Positions 37,341-48,500 of a stretch of 64,000 nt of DNA are shown piece by piece (the stretch's first letter is position 1; each line of letters opens with the position of its first letter). The DNA lies in the NCBI GenBank assembly GCA_019058295.1, contig JAHPZI010000028.1, forward strand, positions 1 through 64,000, written 5' to 3'. Source of the stretch: Promethearchaeota archaeon. Its GTDB lineage: Archaea; Asgardarchaeota; Lokiarchaeia; Sigyniarchaeales; SOKP01. The notes beneath the pieces are model-generated. The model ran no database searches. It was not told the origin of the DNA and saw nothing but the letters and a program-made list of their open reading frames with translations. The translations under genes and the position numbers were made by a program.

Positions 37341-39161
37341 TTGAACCTTAATATTTCCCGTGATAAAACAGCTCTCTCTTTTAAGAACTTCTCTTTTATT
37401 TATGGTACAGACAAATTAAAAATCCCATCAGTTTCAAATATAACTTTTGATTTGAAAGAAGGAGATGTTTTAATATTAGCTGGTGCAAGTGGAAGTGGTA
37501 AATCTACCCTATCTTATGCTATGAACGGGATTATACCTTGGAGACTAAAGGGTCTAATGAAAGGAGACGTTGAAGTCTTTGGAAAAAGTATTTGGGACTA
37601 TAATTTCATGGAATTAAGTAAAATAGTTAGTTTAGTTAAGCAAAATCCATTAGAACAATTAGTTACATTTACTGTGAAGGATGAGATCGCATTTGGACTT
37701 GAAAACCTAAAATATCCAATTGAAGAAATTGAAAAAAAAATCGAAGAAATTACTAAATTTTTAGAAATTGATCATTTATTAGAAAGGGATATCGATCAAT
37801 TAAGTGGAGGACAAAAGCAGCTTATAATCTTAGCATCATTTTTAGTAATGGAGCCTAAAATATTAATTTTGGATGAGCCGATTGCCTTCTTAGATCAACA
37901 TTCAGAGAGTTTATTATTAAACCGATTAAAGAAACTGATTCAATCACCCAATTATAACCTAACTCTCATAATTATTGAACATAGATTATCAAGGGTTGTA
38001 AATTTAGCGAATAAAATTATAGTATTGTCCGATGATGGAGAAGTTATTCTAAAAGGTTCAGTTTCTGAAATTTTAAAAGATAGATTTGATGAATTAAAGC
38101 TATGTAATGTGAGGGTTCCTTGGATAACAAATATCTATAGTGAATATAGAAAGATTACTACTAGAAATGCAGATGATTTTGGCGTGCCAACTAATTTCCA
38201 ACAACTCTTGAAAATTCCTGAAAATTTAGAAACAGAACAATTAAAACAAATATATCAGCTTCTAATCGATATAGAAATAAGACCAAAACATTTAGAGAAA
38301 TTAGAATTATATGAGGAAAAAATAGAGTTCGATGAAATCTATATTGAGACCTTAAAAAGGCTCTCTGAAAATAATAGAAATCAATCCATTTTCAATCAAG
38401 CTGAAGAAAATATTATTTTAGAAACGAGAGACTTATCATTCGAATATCCAAATACGGGAATTAATGCTATTAATAATTTATCTATTAAAATACATCAAGG
38501 AGATTTCATAGGTTTAGTTGGACCAAATGGTTCAGGAAAGACAACCTTATTATATTTATTAGCAAATCTTTATAAACCTACATCAGGAGAGATATTCTTT
38601 AACAATCAGAACCTCACAGAATTCAATCCTTATGAGTATGCTCTTCATATTGGATTTATATTTCAAAATCCTGAAAATATGATTTTTAAGCATACCCTTA
38701 GAGATGAGATTTTATATGGTCCTAAAAATTTTGGCATTCTGAAGGAAATTAATGAAGAATATCTTTCTAAATTAATTTGTTTAATTGGAGAAAATGATCC
38801 CTCAAAAAATCCTTTTAATCTAAGTTGGGGTCAAAAAAGAAGATTAAACCTTAGCTCCATATTTGTATACAATCCTGAAATAATTCTATTAGATGAACCT
38901 TTCATTGGGCAAGATCAGCGGACAATTGATTCAATTATAGAAACCCTATTTATTGAAAATAAAAGAGGAAAGACAATTATTATCTCTTCTCATGATTATC
39001 ATTTACTTTTAAAATATACTAAAAGAATAATCGAGCTGAACAAAGATGGAACTCTGAAAGACTATGATACAAAAGATACTTATTTTTTAAAGCATCAAAA
39101 TCTAGGGCCAGTCATTTTTTTGAATAAAATTAAAGAATTAATAGGAGAGCGTAATATTTAA
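37341..39161 (+). CDS. ECF transporter fused double ATPase (A-A')
   Basis: Two ABC domains: GASGSGKS/LSGGQ/LDEP and GPNGSGKT/LSWGQ/LDEP; QNP Q-loops. Confidence 0.92.
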   Translation: MNLNISRDKTALSFKNFSFIYGTDKLKIPSVSNITFDLKEGDVLILAGASGSGKSTLSYAMNGIIPWRLKGLMKGDVEVFGKSIWDYNFMELSKIVSLVKQNPLEQLVTFTVKDEIAFGLENLKYPIEEIEKKIEEITKFLEIDHLLERDIDQLSGGQKQLIILASFLVMEPKILILDEPIAFLDQHSESLLLNRLKKLIQSPNYNLTLIIIEHRLSRVVNLANKIIVLSDDGEVILKGSVSEILKDRFDELKLCNVRVPWITNIYSEYRKITTRNADDFGVPTNFQQLLKIPENLETEQLKQIYQLLIDIEIRPKHLEKLELYEEKIEFDEIYIETLKRLSENNRNQSIFNQAEENIILETRDLSFEYPNTGINAINNLSIKIHQGDFIGLVGPNGSGKTTLLYLLANLYKPTSGEIFFNNQNLTEFNPYEYALHIGFIFQNPENMIFKHTLRDEILYGPKNFGILKEINEEYLSKLICLIGENDPSKNPFNLSWGQKRRLNLSSIFVYNPEIILLDEPFIGQDQRTIDSIIETLFIENKRGKTIIISSHDYHLLLKYTKRIIELNKDGTLKDYDTKDTYFLKHQNLGPVIFLNKIKELIGERNI

Positions 39162-40046
39162 ATGTCAAGAAAGAATAAAAGTTTGGATCATAAGAGGCTG
39201 ATGTTTGCCTATTTCCCAGGAAATTCAATCTTTCATAAATTAAATCCTCTTTCAAAATTAATATTTCTCTTACTCCTTACTATAATTATATTACTAGTTA
39301 GGAGCTTAATATTCATGGCAATGGTTTCGTTATTTGTTATTTTTTTAGCTTTAATAAGCGGAATTTCCTTAAAGAATCTTTATTTGAAACTAAGATTTAT
39401 AGTCTCAATCCTAATAGTTAGTGTAGTTTTGAATATATTTTTTAATGCTATTCCCAGTGAAGAAGAAGTTATCTTGTTTTACTTATTCGGTATTGAATTT
39501 CTACCTATTAGAAAATTAGCCATATATTATGCCTTTAGAGCTTTTTTTCTCGTCTTAACATTGTTTACTTCTTCAATTATCTACTCCAATACAACTAATA
39601 TGCGAGATTTTGTATATGCATTGATGAGATTAAAAATCCCTTATCGATTTTGTTATGCGTTTATGGTTGGGATAAGATATATTCCTTTAATAGAACAAGA
39701 GGCAAAAACGATATCATTAGCCCAAAGAGCAAGGGGTTTTGGTTATGAGAAAGTAAATAGTATAAAGAAAGCTTATAATTGGATCTCTGAACGTTTACTT
39801 ATTACCTTAGTTTCAATACTTAGAAAAGCTCATACTACATCTATTTCAATGGAAAATAGATGTTTTGGCATTTATAAAGATCGGACTAATTTAATTAAAA
39901 TTAGATTTAAAGCAATAGATATTGCTTTTATTATAATTTTTGGATTTCTTTTCACTTTAATTTTATTTTATTTATTTCAATTGCTCCCGTTACCACAATT
40001 CCCTTCTCTTTATCACATGTATCTAAAGTATTTTAATATTTTTTAG
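39162..40046 (+). CDS. ecfT: ECF transporter transmembrane (T) component
   Basis: H.LNPLSKL, RYIP, AQRARG and SMENRCF motifs. Confidence 0.9.
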   Translation: MSRKNKSLDHKRLMFAYFPGNSIFHKLNPLSKLIFLLLLTIIILLVRSLIFMAMVSLFVIFLALISGISLKNLYLKLRFIVSILIVSVVLNIFFNAIPSEEEVILFYLFGIEFLPIRKLAIYYAFRAFFLVLTLFTSSIIYSNTTNMRDFVYALMRLKIPYRFCYAFMVGIRYIPLIEQEAKTISLAQRARGFGYEKVNSIKKAYNWISERLLITLVSILRKAHTTSISMENRCFGIYKDRTNLIKIRFKAIDIAFIIIFGFLFTLILFYLFQLLPLPQFPSLYHMYLKYFNIF

Positions 40047-40862
40047 AAGTTCTAAATAACCACCATACTTTTCTCGCGTAATTGAATATTTTTTAGTAGT
40101 AGAACCCCATCTTATATTATTTCGAATATTATGTAAAAAGCCCTTTGCATTAATAATCCTAGTACCCCCAACTACATTAATTCCCCTTTTAAAGAGAGGA
40201 TCGGGTAAAAATCCAGCAGTGGGCCCTATAATCGAAGTTTTTTCTGCATTTGAGCAAAATTTTAGAATATCATCGATTGTATCGTTCAATATTGTGGTAC
40301 TAGTTAATAATACTTTATTGCAGTCTTCTAAATTAGTGGGATCTAAAGTAACTACCCAGTTCTTTTCTTTTTTCACTAAATCCTCTTTTAATTCAATAAT
40401 AACTAATTTATTCCCTCTTTCCTCAATCTTTTTAACAAGCGGTGGAAAAAAACCGACCATTCCCACTATATCTTTTTCATTTATGTTTAATAAACCTAAA
40501 GAATCTGAAGTATGATCAAAGGAAAAATTAGTTTCTTTAAAAATAAATTGACTAATTGCATTAATAGCTCCCATACTTAAGGATTTTTTATACAAATTAT
40601 TGGATGTAAAATCCTTTACTAAATCCATTGGAGAGGTATCTTTATATTCTTTTGAATCGATTTTAAGAATTTGTTTTTTAACTTCTTGAGTTAATGCTAT
40701 AAAAAAAATACCGATTGAGTTATCTTCTAATATTACTGCTGCAAAATTTGATTTTTTTGCTTTCTCATCAACAGTTGGAACAACAATTTCTTTAATTAAT
40801 GGAATTTGAACTCTATTAGCAATATCATTTAAGATTACTTGATATTCGGAAGATATTGTCAT
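40023..40862 (-). CDS. DUF364 family (Rossmann-like) protein
   Basis: SLSMGAINAISQ, VGMVGFFPPL, TSTTILNDTID, IIGPTAG, LF.RG..VVGG. Confidence 0.8.
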   Translation of the reverse strand: MTISSEYQVILNDIANRVQIPLIKEIVVPTVDEKAKKSNFAAVILEDNSIGIFFIALTQEVKKQILKIDSKEYKDTSPMDLVKDFTSNNLYKKSLSMGAINAISQFIFKETNFSFDHTSDSLGLLNINEKDIVGMVGFFPPLVKKIEERGNKLVIIELKEDLVKKEKNWVVTLDPTNLEDCNKVLLTSTTILNDTIDDILKFCSNAEKTSIIGPTAGFLPDPLFKRGINVVGGTRIINAKGFLHNIRNNIRWGSTTKKYSITREKYGGYLELLKNIKIL

Positions 40863-40907
40863 GTGTAAATTAATTAATTGTAAAATTTAAAAGAGGTTCT
40901 AATAACT

Positions 40908-43097
40908 TTATTGATATGGTTTAATAACGTGAATAACATCATCAAAATCGATTCCAAGCTCTTTGACTAACTCAATTGTTGGGCAACCAAACGCATTCCA
41001 ACCACGTTTTTGATACACAGCCTCTTGAAGTTTAAAATACTGAATCTCTCTATATTTTCGCAAAATTTTCATTTTTTCTTCGGTAGATTTACCTTCGATA
41101 TCTATATCGAGCTCCTTTAATTGTTCATCATATCTTTTTTGGCGACTTTCATATTCCATTTTTGTTACTGGTCCCATTGCTCTATAAGGTATATTGGAAT
41201 CATGTTCGCTCAAACCTTTACCTTGACGAATGTTAAAAATCCTTTGTAAATTATAGACACGTTCAGACATTCGGATAAGATCATCAGGATCTGCATTGAT
41301 ACCTGTTACTGCCGTATAATAATCTGCATACCATTGAACATGTTGTGGAATTTTCGCTTGTAATAATTCCCCTGCCATTTTAATCGGCAAATCAAAATTC
41401 GATGGAGGAGGCACATCATTCCAAGGAAGTTTACAGAGCCCACATAACCCAAACCAGGTTCTCCATAAAGGAAACCAATATAATGCTTTAGCTTTATCTT
41501 CAAATGTTGGAATTGAGTGGCGTACAACATCTTCAAAAATCAACCATGCTTCATCATGTTGAGGCCCTTTGTTTGTGAAACCATAGCCTCCTTGTTGGGT
41601 GAGTGATTCCTTGGTAACATATTCAGAAAACTCAAGTCCTTTATGCTCCATTCCAATATCTTGTAAAAAATTAGGATCTCCACTATATTTCTCAGCGAAT
41701 AGTTTTTTTAATCGTTTTATTCCTTGACCAACGACCAGACCAAAACCTTCTCCTCGTGCCATTTGATGGATTAATTCAATTGCAGCTTCAGCATTTCCAA
41801 AATGCAACTCAAGTCCGCCTGTAATTTCTTTATTTATAATTCCCTCCTCATAACACTCCATAACAAAGGCAATTCCTGTTCCTACACTTATAGTATCTAA
41901 ACCATAGGTATCACAATAAAAATTAGCTTCCATTACCCATTGAGGATCCCATACACCCCAATTTGATCCACATCCAGCAATAGTTTCATATTCGGGTCCA
42001 TCAACAATTACTTTTTCTCCTTTAAACTGTCCGGTCATAACTTTATATTTTTCAACCCAATGACTACAGCTAACGCTACACCCAAAAAAGCATCCATCTG
42101 ATCCTTTTCCCGTACGTTCCCCGAAAAGATCAGCCCATACTTGGCGTTTATAAGGGATTTCTTTATCTTTAATTTCACGATGTTGACCAAATCGAAAATT
42201 TTCAGTTGGGAGTAAATCTGTAATATTCATAATATCTGGAAGGTATCCCGTTCCTACAATTCTCATTTGATTCATAGAAGGATCGTATGTTATTATTTCT
42301 TTTTTGTGTTTCCTCCCGATCTCAATTAATTTTTCTGGATCAGCAGGATTATTTTTTTTAACATCATATGGAGGAGATCGACATATTAATGCTTTAATTC
42401 TTTTGTTAGCAAATACACTCCCAATTCCTCCCCTTCCTGCTTGTTTACAAGAAGCCCATTTCCTTTTTCGTGCATACCACGAAGAATTTAGCATCCCCCA
42501 TCTTGTGTGCCTTGCGGCAGGTCCTGAACTAACAACAGAAACCATCTGCTTTTCTTTTTCCGTAGATTCTTTCGCAAATTTTTCTGTTAATTGTTGAGTA
42601 AGAAGATGTGAATAGTCTGAAAGATTGTCTGATTCTTCAACCCTTATAATTTGAACCATGTGATCTTGACCATTAATAAATATCAACACATCATTTTCGG
42701 TTTTTCCTTGAATTTCAAGGACATCAAAACCAGAACATTTTAGATAGGGTCCAAAATGCCCTCCTACATTGCTGTCTATCACAATTCCGGTCAGAGGGGA
42801 GATTGTTGTAACTATAGATTTGCCTCCTCCAGGATAATATGTACTTGCCCCTAAAGGACCTGTTGCCCAACAGATTTCATTTTCAGGGTCATCCCATTTA
42901 ACAATTCTGTCTTTCGGTAAGCTATTCCACATAAGCCAGAGATCAAAACCCCTCCCACCGATGAATTTTTCTTTCATTTCATCGGTTATAGGTTTAATTT
43001 TAATTTCGTTTGTTGTTAAATTTATGTATAAAGTTCGATTTGTATATCCCCGAACCATGTCTTGATGTTCATACTTGAGTTCTGCTAAAATCAACAC
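40908..43097 (-). CDS. aldehyde:ferredoxin oxidoreductase family (tungsto/molybdopterin) enzyme
   Basis: FIGGRG, SPLTG..DSNVGG, AGRGGIG, C..C...C, GPEYET, CDTYGLDTIS, GLC. Confidence 0.93.
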   Translation of the reverse strand: MLILAELKYEHQDMVRGYTNRTLYINLTTNEIKIKPITDEMKEKFIGGRGFDLWLMWNSLPKDRIVKWDDPENEICWATGPLGASTYYPGGGKSIVTTISPLTGIVIDSNVGGHFGPYLKCSGFDVLEIQGKTENDVLIFINGQDHMVQIIRVEESDNLSDYSHLLTQQLTEKFAKESTEKEKQMVSVVSSGPAARHTRWGMLNSSWYARKRKWASCKQAGRGGIGSVFANKRIKALICRSPPYDVKKNNPADPEKLIEIGRKHKKEIITYDPSMNQMRIVGTGYLPDIMNITDLLPTENFRFGQHREIKDKEIPYKRQVWADLFGERTGKGSDGCFFGCSVSCSHWVEKYKVMTGQFKGEKVIVDGPEYETIAGCGSNWGVWDPQWVMEANFYCDTYGLDTISVGTGIAFVMECYEEGIINKEITGGLELHFGNAEAAIELIHQMARGEGFGLVVGQGIKRLKKLFAEKYSGDPNFLQDIGMEHKGLEFSEYVTKESLTQQGGYGFTNKGPQHDEAWLIFEDVVRHSIPTFEDKAKALYWFPLWRTWFGLCGLCKLPWNDVPPPSNFDLPIKMAGELLQAKIPQHVQWYADYYTAVTGINADPDDLIRMSERVYNLQRIFNIRQGKGLSEHDSNIPYRAMGPVTKMEYESRQKRYDEQLKELDIDIEGKSTEEKMKILRKYREIQYFKLQEAVYQKRGWNAFGCPTIELVKELGIDFDDVIHVIKPYQ

Positions 43098-43246
43098 ATA
43101 TCACATCGATTTTAAACTTGAATATTATATTTAGGATATTACATTGAAATTCTTTAATTAAATTAAGTTTAAGGTTTCATTATCTTTTTTTGAATCTCTT
43201 GAAAATTTACAAAAAAAATTTTTAGAGATGATTCATTTTACGTTAT

Positions 43247-44116
43247 ATGGTTGATACAGCCACTAAAGTTCGAGAAATACAGAAAAAATTTAATATCATT
43301 GGAAGATCAGAGGAACTAAAAAAAATAATATTGGCACGTGTAGTTGGAAAGAACATATTAATTGAAGGTGAAGTTGGAGTTGGTAAAACAACCTTAGCAC
43401 AGGCAGTTTCCAACTACTTTGATTCAAATTTTTATCGAATAGACTGTTCAGAAGAAATTTTGACCCATAGTTTAGTAGGTCATTGGGATCCTCCACTTGT
43501 TATTGCAAAAGGATATGAAGAGGATTCTTACGTTTATGGACCGCTTGCCTTAGCCATGTCGAAAGGGGGCTGTTTATTTATTAATGAAATTAATAGAATG
43601 CCCGAAAGCACTCAAAATGCGTTACTAACTTCATTAGACGAGAAAATTCTTGATATCCCCAAATTAAAAACCATTAAAGCAAACAATGAATTTTTTGTTG
43701 TTGCAACCTTAAATCCTTCGGCACATGTTGGAGTAACGGCATTAGGAGAAGCTTTAAAAGATAGATTCATCTGGATTAAATTAGATTATCAAAAACCAGA
43801 AGAAGAAATCGAAATTATTAAAAAGGAAGTTGATATTGATGATGATATTGATAATAAAATCATACAGATATCACAAGAAATAGTACAAGCAACGAGAGAT
43901 AACACATCTATACGTAGAGGAAGTTCAATTAGAGGTGCCATTGATTTAACAGCATTAATAACTCAATATGATAACAATACCAGCACTAAAAACTGGATTG
44001 AAGCTGCAATAATGGCGCTTTATAATAAAATTGAAATGGAAGATGGTGTAGCAAAATCGAAAAAAGAAATTATCACTGAAATCGTTTTATCTATATTAAA
44101 TGACTCGGATTTTTAG
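43247..44116 (+). CDS. MoxR-type AAA+ ATPase
   Basis: GEVGVGKT, FINEINR (Walker B variant), QNALL, TLNP, EALKDRF, SIRG. Confidence 0.9.
   Translation: MVDTATKVREIQKKFNIIGRSEELKKIILARVVGKNILIEGEVGVGKTTLAQAVSNYFDSNFYRIDCSEEILTHSLVGHWDPPLVIAKGYEEDSYVYGPLALAMSKGGCLFINEINRMPESTQNALLTSLDEKILDIPKLKTIKANNEFFVVATLNPSAHVGVTALGEALKDRFIWIKLDYQKPEEEIEIIKKEVDIDDDIDNKIIQISQEIVQATRDNTSIRRGSSIRGAIDLTALITQYDNNTSTKNWIEAAIMALYNKIEMEDGVAKSKKEIITEIVLSILNDSDF
44107..44116 (+). promoter_or_regulatory. candidate -1 ribosomal frameshift site G_GAU_UUU_UAG
   Basis: Slippery heptamer fills the last two MoxR codons, inside the 13-nt window (44104-44116) where the -1 (vWA) frame is already open. Confidence 0.55.
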
Positions 44117-45231
44117 TAATCGATGATTTCTCAGAGGAAGAATCCAATGAGATTGAGAGAAAGCGGCTTAATGTTAGGCTTACGGAGAGCCCTCCTGATA
44201 AAGAAATCCTAAGATTAGAAATAATTCGGAGCAAAAAGAAAAAACCTGATTACTATCGCCACTTAGCAAATACATTGGATTATAAGCAAATAAAAGAAAT
44301 GACTTATTTAGCAATCCAATATAAAAATCTTGAAGCTATTATGGGTATGCTTAAGTCAAACGTTTACGCAGCGACGGATGCTTTAGACTGCGAAGATGGG
44401 GTAAAATTTTTTACCGAAAAATCTAAAGAATCAAATATGGTTATGCCGGAAATATATTTCTTTATCAGACGACCGATTTCGCCAAAATATAAAAATATTT
44501 TTAGAAGGCTTGCCCGTCAGAGTATTTTGAAAACTTCCTTGAAAATCACTAGCAGAGGTATTAAAGGAACATTGAAAAAGATTTTCCCTTATTATGAAAT
44601 TGGAATGCCTGAGTTTGATCTGGATGAGACCATTCAACATAATCCGCTAAAAATTTATGAAAAAAGCCTTTCTCATAAAGATATTTATGGAATTAAAAGG
44701 CAACAGCAAAAAAGGAATGTGGTTTTAATTCTTGATACGAGTGGCAGTATGTATGGAAAAACATTATTAAATGCCGCTCTTACAACATCTGTTCTAGCCT
44801 ATAATATGGAAAAGGAAAATTATGGTATAGTCCTTTTCAATTCAACAGCTATGACATTAAAAAGAATTAATGATAAAAAATCAATTATCTCTATTATCGA
44901 TGAAATTCTAGATTCTGAGGCTGTAGGATTTACTAACATCCAAATTGGTTTAGAGAAAGGTTTAAAACAATTAAATCAAGTTAAAGAAAATAGAAAACAT
45001 AAATTTGGTATTTTAATTACTGATGGAAATTATAATCGTGGAGAAAATCCTCTTACTATCTCAAAAAAATATCCTAAATTACATGTAATAGGTATGCCTG
45101 CAGAGAATGACGCTGATAGAGGTCTTGATACTTGTCGAGAACTTGCCAAAGCTGGAAAAGGAAAATTTTTTGCCGTAACCGATTATAAAGAAATTCCGAG
45201 AGCGCTCATAAATTTATTGTCTCAAACTTAA
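44113..45231 (+). CDS. von Willebrand factor A domain protein; frame open from 44104, first near-canonical start only at TTG 44275
   Basis: MIDAS DTSGSM, TNI..GL, LITDG; upstream in-frame LVIDDFSEEESNEIERKRLNV... is stop-free and protein-like. Confidence 0.85.
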   Translation, partial: LVIDDFSEEESNEIERKRLNVRLTESPPDKEILRLEIIRSKKKKPDYYRHLANTLDYKQIKEMTYLAIQYKNLEAIMGMLKSNVYAATDALDCEDGVKFFTEKSKESNMVMPEIYFFIRRPISPKYKNIFRRLARQSILKTSLKITSRGIKGTLKKIFPYYEIGMPEFDLDETIQHNPLKIYEKSLSHKDIYGIKRQQQKRNVVLILDTSGSMYGKTLLNAALTTSVLAYNMEKENYGIVLFNSTAMTLKRINDKKSIISIIDEILDSEAVGFTNIQIGLEKGLKQLNQVKENRKHKFGILITDGNYNRGENPLTISKKYPKLHVIGMPAENDADRGLDTCRELAKAGKGKFFAVTDYKEIPRALINLLSQT

Positions 45232-45542
45232 TTTAATTTTAAATAAAGAAATGTCATTGAATTTGAAAAATCAAAATGATTTTAATCCTATTTTTGTTGA
45301 TATTTTATAATTACAAATAATCTATTAAAAGTAATTAGGCTATCAGAACCTAATAATTTGTAATAACTTAGATGAGTAAATTGGTAGGATAAAACAAAAA
45401 ATAAACAAATTTAATTGAAAGTTTTTAACAAATTTTTGCAATTAGAACAATATTTGAAATAATATAAATAGAATATCTAACATTTTTATTATAATTTAAA
45501 TCTTTTTTAGAAATTTAACAAAAAATTAGGTATATTGAAATT

Positions 45543-48500
45543 ATGATGAAAAAAAGTAATAAAATAAAAATTTTAGCGGTTTTACTTTTTTCTATGATTG
45601 TTTTTACATTATTTATTCAAGTGAGTTTTCTTTCGCTCTTGAATAAAGACGAAACTCAGGAACAACCAATTCAAAAGGCTAAAGAAATAAAATCTAGTGC
45701 TGTTATAACAGAATTCTTATATATAAACCAAGAGGATTACAATAATAATTGGACCGTCGTAAAAGATAAGTATTCATTTATTACAGGTTCCGGAACACTA
45801 GGAGATCCTTATCTGATAAGTAATACTGAATTTGATGGTCAAAATATCCATGGAGCTATTACAATAAATAACTCAAAAAATGTGAACTTTAAAATTAAAA
45901 ATTGCCGATTTTATAACATTGGGTCATCAGATTCCCCAAGTGCAGCAATACAAATAATAGATTCCCGGAATGGAACAATTACAGGATGTGATTTTTCTAG
46001 TTCCGATGACGGCAATATTGGAATAAAAATGTTTAATGGAACTTGGAAAATGACAATTGCTAATAATAATTTTACTAATTTCAAATACGCAATTTATGCC
46101 GAATCAAGTTATCAAAATATTATTTCAGGAAATAATATCGATGAAAATAATGTTGGAATTTACTTAAAATTATGGTGTAATATGAATGAGATTTATAATA
46201 ATTATCTTAGTGAGAATTCTATTGCGGGTATATTTTTAACTGATAGTTGCTGGAATAATAAAATTTCAGGAAATATCATTAATGATAATGTTGTTTTCGG
46301 GGTACTCATAGCATTCTCTGGTAATACCAAAATTTACGGAAACAATTCAATTAATAATAATGGTTATGGAATATATATGACAGGATCCGATTGGAATAAT
46401 ATCGAAAATAATACAATTATATCAAATAATAACGATGGCGTTTATATATCTGGTTCTTGGTGGAACAATTTTACAAGAAATCTAATAAAGGATAATGTAG
46501 AAGTTGGTGTACATATCGATGAATCTAAGGGTGATAGTCAAAATAATTACATATACGAGAATGATTTTATTAATAATGGAGAACACGCGATTGATTACGA
46601 TTATTCAAATAATTGGAATAAAAATAATGTAGGCAATAAGTGGGATAATTATACCCAATTAACTGGTGGGAAGGATGCCGATGATGATGGTATCGGAGAT
46701 GCTCCATATAATTTCACTGGTGGTCGTGATTATTATCCAATCTATAACGATGGACTTGACGCTGGACCTTATCCTGGTGTGATTTGGATAGATGAAAATA
46801 GTCCACAATGGAATTGGACATGGGCAAAAGATAGATATTGGTTCACTGGAGGGGATGGGGGGGTTTTAAATCCTTATACAATTTCTCCTAACATATTCTG
46901 GGAGGGTAAAATTGATGGACTTGGACAATATTCATGTATTACTCTCGTTAATACTCATGGACCATATTTTATTCTCGAGGATTTAACTCTCTACAATTCG
47001 GGATCAGCTGGAATAAATATAACTGATTCTGGAGTTGGAAAAATCATTAATTGTAATAGTTCTAACAATGGAGATGGAATATTCCTCGATGAAGCGCAGT
47101 TTATCAATATTTCACAATGTATTCTCAATGATAATTCCCGTGCCGGCATATTTGTAACCAATGATTCTATGAACAATCTTGCTTGGGATAATTCTCTTTC
47201 GAATAATGATTATGGTATATATATAGAAGATGATAGTGATAATAATAATTTCACGTCTAATATTATCTTAAATAGCGATCTTTATGGAGCCTATGTTTCT
47301 GGTGCTAAAGTAGATGTTAATGATACTGTGTTTTATGAAAATACATTTCAAAATAAACTAACAGGCGATAATGCATATGATGATGGACCTGATACAATAT
47401 GGTATCTTAATGAAAGGGGCAATAGTTGGGATGATTATCCTGATGCCCCTATATATGGAAAAGATGCCGATGATGATGGTATTGGAGATAAATCTTATGA
47501 TAAAATTTATGGCAGTGCTAATTCGATTGATAAATACCCTATTTATTTCGATGATTTAGATGAGTATGCTCTATATATTGATGATAATGCAACTGGTCCA
47601 GGCGCACATAATTGGACTTGGGCAAGTAAAAGATTATTTATTACAGGTAATGGCTCAGCAATCGATCCATATCTCATCAAAGATGTGAGTTTTAATGGAA
47701 GTAAGTTATGGGATAACAGTTGGCCAAAATGCGGTATAACAATTAAAAATTCTGCTGAGTATAATATATATTTTAAAATCGAGAATTGCACTATTTATGA
47801 CGCCATAGATGCAGGGATCTATTTAAATAACGCATCAAGAGGAACAATAATCAATAATTCTATCGATATTTCTAATAATCCGAATTTAAAAATTGGGATT
47901 CATTTAACAAATTCAGCTAATTTAAACAATATATCTTACAACACTCTGAATTCTTTTGAGAAAGGACTGTTTATGAATTATTCCTGTTACAGTAATTATA
48001 TTAAGGGAAATTTTATGGAATGGAACGACTGGGGAATTATTTTAGAACGTTGGTGTTCAAGTAACGTACTTATTAACAATACATTATCTAATAACAATTT
48101 TGCTGGATTATTTTTCAATAATTCATGTTACGTGAATAATGTAACTCAGTGTACAATTAGTAATAATTTAGATGGAATACGATTTAGGAAAAGTTGTAAG
48201 AGTAATGAGATCTTTGAGAATGATATTAAACGTAATAATCAATTTGATAGTAAAGGTGTACTTATATTAGATAATGATTCTGCATATAATATCTTTTACG
48301 AAAATAATTTTACTGGAAACACTATACATGTTCTTGATGATGGGACTTACAATAGATGGAATACAACAGTCTATGGAAATCAAATTGGAAATATTTGGGG
48401 AAATTATACCGAAATCCCTGGCCATGCAGATGATGATGACGATGGGATCGGAGACGTACCATACCCAATACGTAATTCGACAGGAGCTTGGATAAACAAC

